Shown one piece after another: positions 59,277 through 64,000 of a stretch of 64,000 bases of DNA. Every line of letters begins with the position of its first letter. The stretch's first letter is position 1. This stretch comes from Candidatus Nomurabacteria bacterium. GTDB taxonomy: Bacteria > Patescibacteriota > Minisyncoccia > Phycocordibacterales > UBA9973. The translations under genes were made by a program, and so were the position numbers. The notes below the pieces were generated by a model. It was given only the letters and a program-made list of their open reading frames with translations. It ran no database searches and was not told the DNA's origin. Where the stretch lies: assembly GCA_023267215.1 (NCBI GenBank), contig JAHFNS010000001.1, forward strand, positions 174,710 to 238,709, in the 5' to 3' direction.

Positions 59277-60521
59277 TCAATTATACCATTTTTTTAATTT
59301 TTGCAAAATCTGAGATAAGGCTTTAATTGTGTAATCTATATCAGATTTAGTTGTCTTAACTCCTAGAGAAAAACGTAAACCACCTATTTCAGTATTCTGT
59401 TCTGGACGGATAGCGTCTATAACATACGAACCTTCTTTACGAGAGCTTTCACAAGCACTTTTTGCTGAAGCCATTATTCCCTTCGCTGAAAGTTCTATCA
59501 CCAGAAGTTCACTCGGGATTTTTGGAAAAGTAATATTTATATTATTTGGTAATCTATTTTCTAAATCTCCGTTAATAATCATCCCCGTGTCAAGGGGCAT
59601 CCTTGACAGTTTATTAACAAAATAATCTCGCAAAATTGTTAAACGTTTATTTTCTTTTTCTTTATTTTTTTGTACAGATTTTAAAGCAGAAGAAAATTTA
59701 ATAATTGCTGGTAAATTCTCTGTCCCCGGACGCAAACCATTTTCTTGATCTCCCCCACCAAACATTGGCGAAAGCGGCACAGTTTTTCTCTTATAAAGCA
59801 CCCCGACCCTCCCTGACCCTTCTATTTTAGAACCAGAAATTGAAAGCAAGTCAACTCCCAATTTTTCTACATTTAAATCTAAATAATTTACTGCTTGCAC
59901 AGCGTCTATGTGAAATAGAGGAAAGGAAAACTCGTCAAAAATCTTTTTTCCAGGTCCTCGGTTCTCGGGGTCCCCTACCCCCGCCAGACCATGTAAAAAA
60001 GTTTTTTGCCGAGTTTTCCTGCAATACCTAATTTCTTTTGCAATTTCTTTTATAGGCTGAATAATACCAATTTCATTATTCGCATACATTACTGAAATAA
60101 GTACAGTATTTTTCTTTATTTCTTTTTTTATTTTTTTAGGATCTATTATTCCATTTTTTTCAACTGACACTATCGATATTTCTGCAAATTTCCTTTTCTC
60201 TAACATTCTAAAAGTTTCGAGCACTGAAGGATGTTCTATGTTGGTGGTGATGATATGTGGCTTAGTGAAGGCCTTTCTTTCGCCTAAAAGCGAAGGAAAG
60301 ACTTTCGCTAATACGACTCCCTGAATCGCAAGATTGTTTGATTCTGTTCCTCCACTTGTAAAAATTATTTCTTCAGATCGACAATTCAAACTATTAGCGA
60401 CCTCCTTTCTCGCATTTTCAAGCCTTTTTTTAGCTTCTACTCCTTCTCTATGTACAGAACTAGAATTAGCAGAGAACCCTGCTGCATAATCTATGTATAT
60501 ATTTTTATTTGATTTAGCCAT
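59277..60521 (-). CDS. iscS: Cysteine desulfurase (IscS/NifS family)
   Basis: FTSGGTESNN, IEHPS, ANNEIG, HIDAVQ, SGSK, GGDQE.GLRPGTEN, SAC. Confidence 0.9.
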   Translation of the reverse strand: MAKSNKNIYIDYAAGFSANSSSVHREGVEAKKRLENARKEVANSLNCRSEEIIFTSGGTESNNLAIQGVVLAKVFPSLLGERKAFTKPHIITTNIEHPSVLETFRMLEKRKFAEISIVSVEKNGIIDPKKIKKEIKKNTVLISVMYANNEIGIIQPIKEIAKEIRYCRKTRQKTFLHGLAGVGDPENRGPGKKIFDEFSFPLFHIDAVQAVNYLDLNVEKLGVDLLSISGSKIEGSGRVGVLYKRKTVPLSPMFGGGDQENGLRPGTENLPAIIKFSSALKSVQKNKEKENKRLTILRDYFVNKLSRMPLDTGMIINGDLENRLPNNINITFPKIPSELLVIELSAKGIMASAKSACESSRKEGSYVIDAIRPEQNTEIGGLRFSLGVKTTKSDIDYTIKALSQILQKLKKWYN

Positions 60522-60545
60522 TTAAATAGTATATATTGAAACAAT

Positions 60546-61016
60546 ATGAATATAAAGCTTGAAATCATTTTTTTTGTTTTTCTTGGGATAATTATTTTAA
60601 TCGATGCTATTTGGATATTCAGGACAGAAAAACGTCTAAGGAAGTTTTTTGCTGGTAAAAAAGCTAAGGACCTAGAAGAAAACATAGAAGTATTAGAAGA
60701 AAATATTTTAAAATTAAAATTAGCTAAAGAAGAAATAGAAAAAGAGTTAAAAAATATAAATACAAAATTAAGAAAAAGTATAAGAGGTCTTGAAACAATT
60801 CGTTTCAATCCTTTTCCAGACCAAGGCAGTAATCAAAGTTTCGCTATAGGAATCATGAATGAAGATGGTGATGGAGTAGTACTTTCTAGTTTATATTCTC
60901 GAGAAAGAATGAGTATATTTGCCAAATCTATTAAAAATGGTAAATCAGAATACGAACTTACTAAAGAAGAAAAAGAGGTTTTAAAAAAAGCAGAAGTAGA
61001 GCACAAAGCTTTATAA
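60546..61016 (+). CDS. DUF4446-like protein
   Basis: TM, coiled coil, RFNPF...GSNQSF, G.V.SSLYSR, Y.L..EE. Confidence 0.8.
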   Translation: MNIKLEIIFFVFLGIIILIDAIWIFRTEKRLRKFFAGKKAKDLEENIEVLEENILKLKLAKEEIEKELKNINTKLRKSIRGLETIRFNPFPDQGSNQSFAIGIMNEDGDGVVLSSLYSRERMSIFAKSIKNGKSEYELTKEEKEVLKKAEVEHKAL

Positions 61017-61037
61017 ATTTTGTATTAACAAAATAAA

Positions 61038-62549
61038 ATGGAAGAAAACAAAAACAATATAATAACTAGACCACCAATAGTGGTAGTGATGGGACACATT
61101 GATCATGGTAAATCAACGCTTCTTGACTATATAAGAAAAACAAATGTAGTTGATAAAGAAGTTGGAGGTATTACTCAAAATATTTCTGCTTACGAAGTTA
61201 TGCATTTGACAGATAAAGGAGAAAATCGAAAAATTACTTTTATTGATACACCAGGACATGAGTCATTTTCAAAAATGCGTGAACGAGGATGTCAAATAGC
61301 TGATGTTGCTATCTTAATAGTTTCTGCTGAAGATGGAGTAAAACCTCAAACGATAGAAGCTTGGAAAACAATAGTTGCTAATAATATTCCCTGCTTGATT
61401 GCAATAAATAAAATAGATAAACCAAATGCAAATATAGAAAAGACTAAAAACGAACTTGCAGAAAACGAAATTTATTTGGAAAATTATGGAGGGAAAATTC
61501 CATTTGTAGAGATTTCTGCAAAAACTGGCGTAGGAATAGATGATTTATTATCTTTAGTAAATATTGTAGCGGAAATGGAAAATTTTACTGGCAATACGAA
61601 TGAAAACGCTTCTGGTTTTGTATTAGAAGCAAATCTTGATTCAAAACGTGGAATAGAGGCAACTCTCATAATTAAAAATGGAACTCTTTCCAAGGGAATG
61701 GTAGTGATAGTAGAAGATAGTATGTGTTCTGTACATATTATGGAAGATTTTAAAGGAAAAAATATAAATGAAGCAACTTTCTCTTCTCCTGTTCGACTTA
61801 TTGGTTTCTGTAAAATTCCCAGGATAGGTGCAGAATTTAAATCTTTCAAAAACAAAAAGGAAGCAGAAAAATTTTCAGAATCTTTAAAGTCTGATTTAAA
61901 ATCTTCAAAAAGATCCAACCTTTGTCCACCAGAAGAAAATGGTAAAAAAATTATTCCAATTATTTTAAAAGCAGATATATCTGGCTCAATAGAGGCAATA
62001 GAAAAAGAAATAAAAAAGATACAAAACGAAAACACTGAATTTAGAATCATCCAAAAAGGTGTCGGACCCATTGGGGAGTCAGATATTAAAACCATAGGTG
62101 GTTGTGAAAATATATTGGTTATCGGATTCAATGTAAAAATAGAAAAAAGTGCTATTGAATTGGCAGAAAAACGCAGTATTACTATCTCCTCTTTTGATAT
62201 TATTTACAAAATGACTGAATGGCTAGAAATGGAAATGGAAAACCGAAGATCTAAAATAGAAACCATAGAAACAACTGGCAAAACTAAAATTCTGAAAGTC
62301 TTTAGTCATACTAAAGAGCGTCAAATAGTCGGTGGTAAAGTATTACAAGGAAGAATAGTCTTAGATAAAACGGTAAAGATCTTGCGTCGAGATTTTGAAA
62401 TAGGTCGTGGAAAAATAGTAAATTTAGAAAAAAACAAAACAAAAGTAAAAGAAGTTGAAGAAGGTGCAGAATTTGGAATGATGCTTGAATCGAAAATAGA
62501 AGTTGTCGAAGGTGACATAATAGAATCTTTTAATATTACCCAAAAATAA
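61038..62549 (+). CDS. infB: Translation initiation factor IF-2 (short)
   Basis: RPPIVVVMGHIDHGKS, GGITQ, DTPGHE, NKID. Confidence 0.96.
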   Translation: MEENKNNIITRPPIVVVMGHIDHGKSTLLDYIRKTNVVDKEVGGITQNISAYEVMHLTDKGENRKITFIDTPGHESFSKMRERGCQIADVAILIVSAEDGVKPQTIEAWKTIVANNIPCLIAINKIDKPNANIEKTKNELAENEIYLENYGGKIPFVEISAKTGVGIDDLLSLVNIVAEMENFTGNTNENASGFVLEANLDSKRGIEATLIIKNGTLSKGMVVIVEDSMCSVHIMEDFKGKNINEATFSSPVRLIGFCKIPRIGAEFKSFKNKKEAEKFSESLKSDLKSSKRSNLCPPEENGKKIIPIILKADISGSIEAIEKEIKKIQNENTEFRIIQKGVGPIGESDIKTIGGCENILVIGFNVKIEKSAIELAEKRSITISSFDIIYKMTEWLEMEMENRRSKIETIETTGKTKILKVFSHTKERQIVGGKVLQGRIVLDKTVKILRRDFEIGRGKIVNLEKNKTKVKEVEEGAEFGMMLESKIEVVEGDIIESFNITQK

Positions 62550-62550
62550 G

Positions 62551-62874
62551 ATGCTTCAGAGAAATGAAAAAGTGGCAAATTTAATAAAGGAGTTGGGGGC
62601 TCAATTTCTAGAACGTGAAAATAACGGCACTTCTCTTATCACTGTCACTTCCTGCAACGTCTCCCCTGATCTTAAAAAAGCAACTCTCTTCATAACAGTT
62701 CTTCCTGACGAAAAAGAACATGATGCCTTAGACTTCGCTAAAAGAAGACGTGGAGATTTGAGAGATTATTTAAAAAAGAATATAGAAATAAAGACTATTC
62801 CTTTTATTGATATAAAAATAGATCAAGGAGAAAAAAATAGGCAAAAAATTGAAGAATTGCTTCGAGAAAAATAA
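62551..62874 (+). CDS. rbfA: Ribosome-binding factor A
   Basis: Follows infB; ITVT...VSPDL..A, IP.I....D. Confidence 0.88.
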   Translation: MLQRNEKVANLIKELGAQFLERENNGTSLITVTSCNVSPDLKKATLFITVLPDEKEHDALDFAKRRRGDLRDYLKKNIEIKTIPFIDIKIDQGEKNRQKIEELLREK

Positions 62875-62882
62875 TATTTTTG

Positions 62883-62964
62883 TGCCCGGAGTGGGAATCG
62901 AACCCACATCCCTTGCGAGACACGATTTTAAGTCGTGCGCGTATACCAGTTCCGCCATCCGGGC
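62883..62964 (-). tRNA. tRNA-Leu(TAA)
   Basis: Cloverleaf, CACGA-CTTAAAA-TCGTG, long variable arm. Confidence 0.95.
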
Positions 62965-62980
62965 ATTTCTTTTCGTAGTG

Positions 62981-63052
62981 AGGCCTGGGGCGGAATTGAA
63001 CCGCCGTATAGAGATTTTGCAGATCTCTGCCTTACCACTTGGCTACCAGGCC
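62981..63052 (-). tRNA. tRNA-Cys(GCA)
   Basis: GAGAT-CTGCAAA-ATCTC, U73 discriminator. Confidence 0.95.
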
Positions 63053-63124
63053 ATTAAGTTAATATAACATTTTTAAAAAAATTTTCAAAATAAAGAAAAT
63101 GTGTTAAACTTATATTGTTCTAAT

Positions 63125-63197
63125 CCGCCCTTAGCTCAGCTGGTAGAGCAGATCCCTCTTAAGGATAAGGTCGAAGGTTCGATCCCTTCAGGGCGGA
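63125..63197 (+). tRNA. tRNA-Lys(CTT)
   Basis: CCGCCCT/AGGGCGG acceptor, anticodon loop CTCTTAA, GTTCGAT. Confidence 0.9.
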
Positions 63198-63326
63198 CAA
63201 TTTAAAAAGTTTATGTTATAAAGTTTTTAAATTGTCCGAGACGGAGCATGACGGTGCGAGTCCGGGTCGGGGAAGTTTTTAGTAAAAAACTATTCCTGAC
63301 GACAAGTACAAATAGAGTTTATATAT

Positions 63327-63410
63327 GCCGGGGTGGCGAAATTGGCAGACGCACTTGCCTTAGGAGCAAGCGAGAGTAATCTCATGGGAGTTCAAGTCTC
63401 CCCTCCGGCA
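63327..63410 (+). tRNA. tRNA-Leu(TAG)
   Basis: CTTGC-CTTAGGA-GCAAG, long variable arm. Confidence 0.95.
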
Positions 63411-63445
63411 CTTGACTTTTTATTTCAATATGCTATACTATTAGC

Positions 63446-64000
63446 ATGAGTAAAACAAACAACAAATTAATCTTTATTTCCGGTGTTTTTTCCTTTATTT
63501 TGGGGCTTTTATTGTCAGCTTCACCTGTTTATGCTCGTGGTGGTGTAGTAGAAAGTGGATTAACGTTTACTCCCTATAATTATCCTATACAATATTTATC
63601 AAATCCTGTACCTAATCAAACATCAATCCCTGGCTGTGAAGGAAGAAATACTGGTTTTAGTACAATAAATGGACAATCTTGTGTTGGAAATAATATAAAC
63701 AACACAAATAATGCTGATCAAAATACAAACACAACTTCTTCAAATATCACCAACACTACTACAAAAAATTCTAACACTACCACAGAGAATAATAATACTG
63801 TTTCAAAAATTACTGACACAAACAACACTATAGCCACTCTTGATTCTAATAGTAGTAATAAAGACACTTACGGTAGTCTTACAGCTAATGCTTTAATTGG
63901 CTCAAATAGTTTTATGCCTACTGGCTTATTGCAATGGATTATCTGTATAATCTTAATATTAGCAATAATCTTTTTGTGGAGATATGTTCATAATTCAAAA
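63446..64000 (+). CDS. Secreted/surface Asn-Thr-rich protein (runs off the window)
   Basis: Manual translation MSKTNNKLIFISGVFSFILGLLLSASPVYA (signal peptide), one Cys pair, N/T-rich linker, FMPTG followed by a TM helix; promoter TTGACT-16-TATACT. Confidence 0.75.
   Translation, partial: MSKTNNKLIFISGVFSFILGLLLSASPVYARGGVVESGLTFTPYNYPIQYLSNPVPNQTSIPGCEGRNTGFSTINGQSCVGNNINNTNNADQNTNTTSSNITNTTTKNSNTTTENNNTVSKITDTNNTIATLDSNSSNKDTYGSLTANALIGSNSFMPTGLLQWIICIILILAIIFLWRYVHNSK

Noticed and set aside
62770-63067. 62-aa and 72-aa ORFs in the track
   Set aside because: They are translations of the tRNA-Leu and tRNA-Cys genes.
1-64000. Alternative genetic code (UGA=Gly as in Gracilibacteria)
   Set aside because: Core genes are full length under code 11, and TGA ends paralog 5 and iscS at positions matching homolog ends.

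Overview
AT-rich bacterial chromosome segment, genetic code 11. Gene content points to Patescibacteria/CPR, probably Parcubacteria (inferred from compact AlaRS, archaeal-type AspRS, short MetK and IF2, a PaaX-like regulator and paired VirB4/TrwB-like ATPases). The backbone is housekeeping: pepA, aspS, trpR/trpS, dnaB, recR, cysS, metK, grpE/dnaK/dnaJ, the infA-rpsI ribosomal block, alaS, mnmA, typA, clpB, iscS, infB, rbfA and 5 tRNAs. Main unusual features: (1) seven co-oriented paralogs of a ~550-590 aa Cys-rich protein scattered through the grpE-dnaK-dnaJ region and next to infA. They have conserved zinc-module ends, divergent middles, shared exact nucleotide blocks, a sharp codon-usage junction in one copy, and short palindromes or DnaA boxes at their borders. 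This is a candidate polymorphic cassette system. (2) Several families of small palindromic elements, both intergenic and translated in-frame inside essential genes. (3) A two-gene unit beside trpR with a perfect 36-bp palindrome over its promoter. (4) Apparently leaderless core genes contrasting with SD-led accessory genes. No integrase, transposase, reverse transcriptase or CRISPR array was seen. All calls come from reading motifs by eye; no searches were run.
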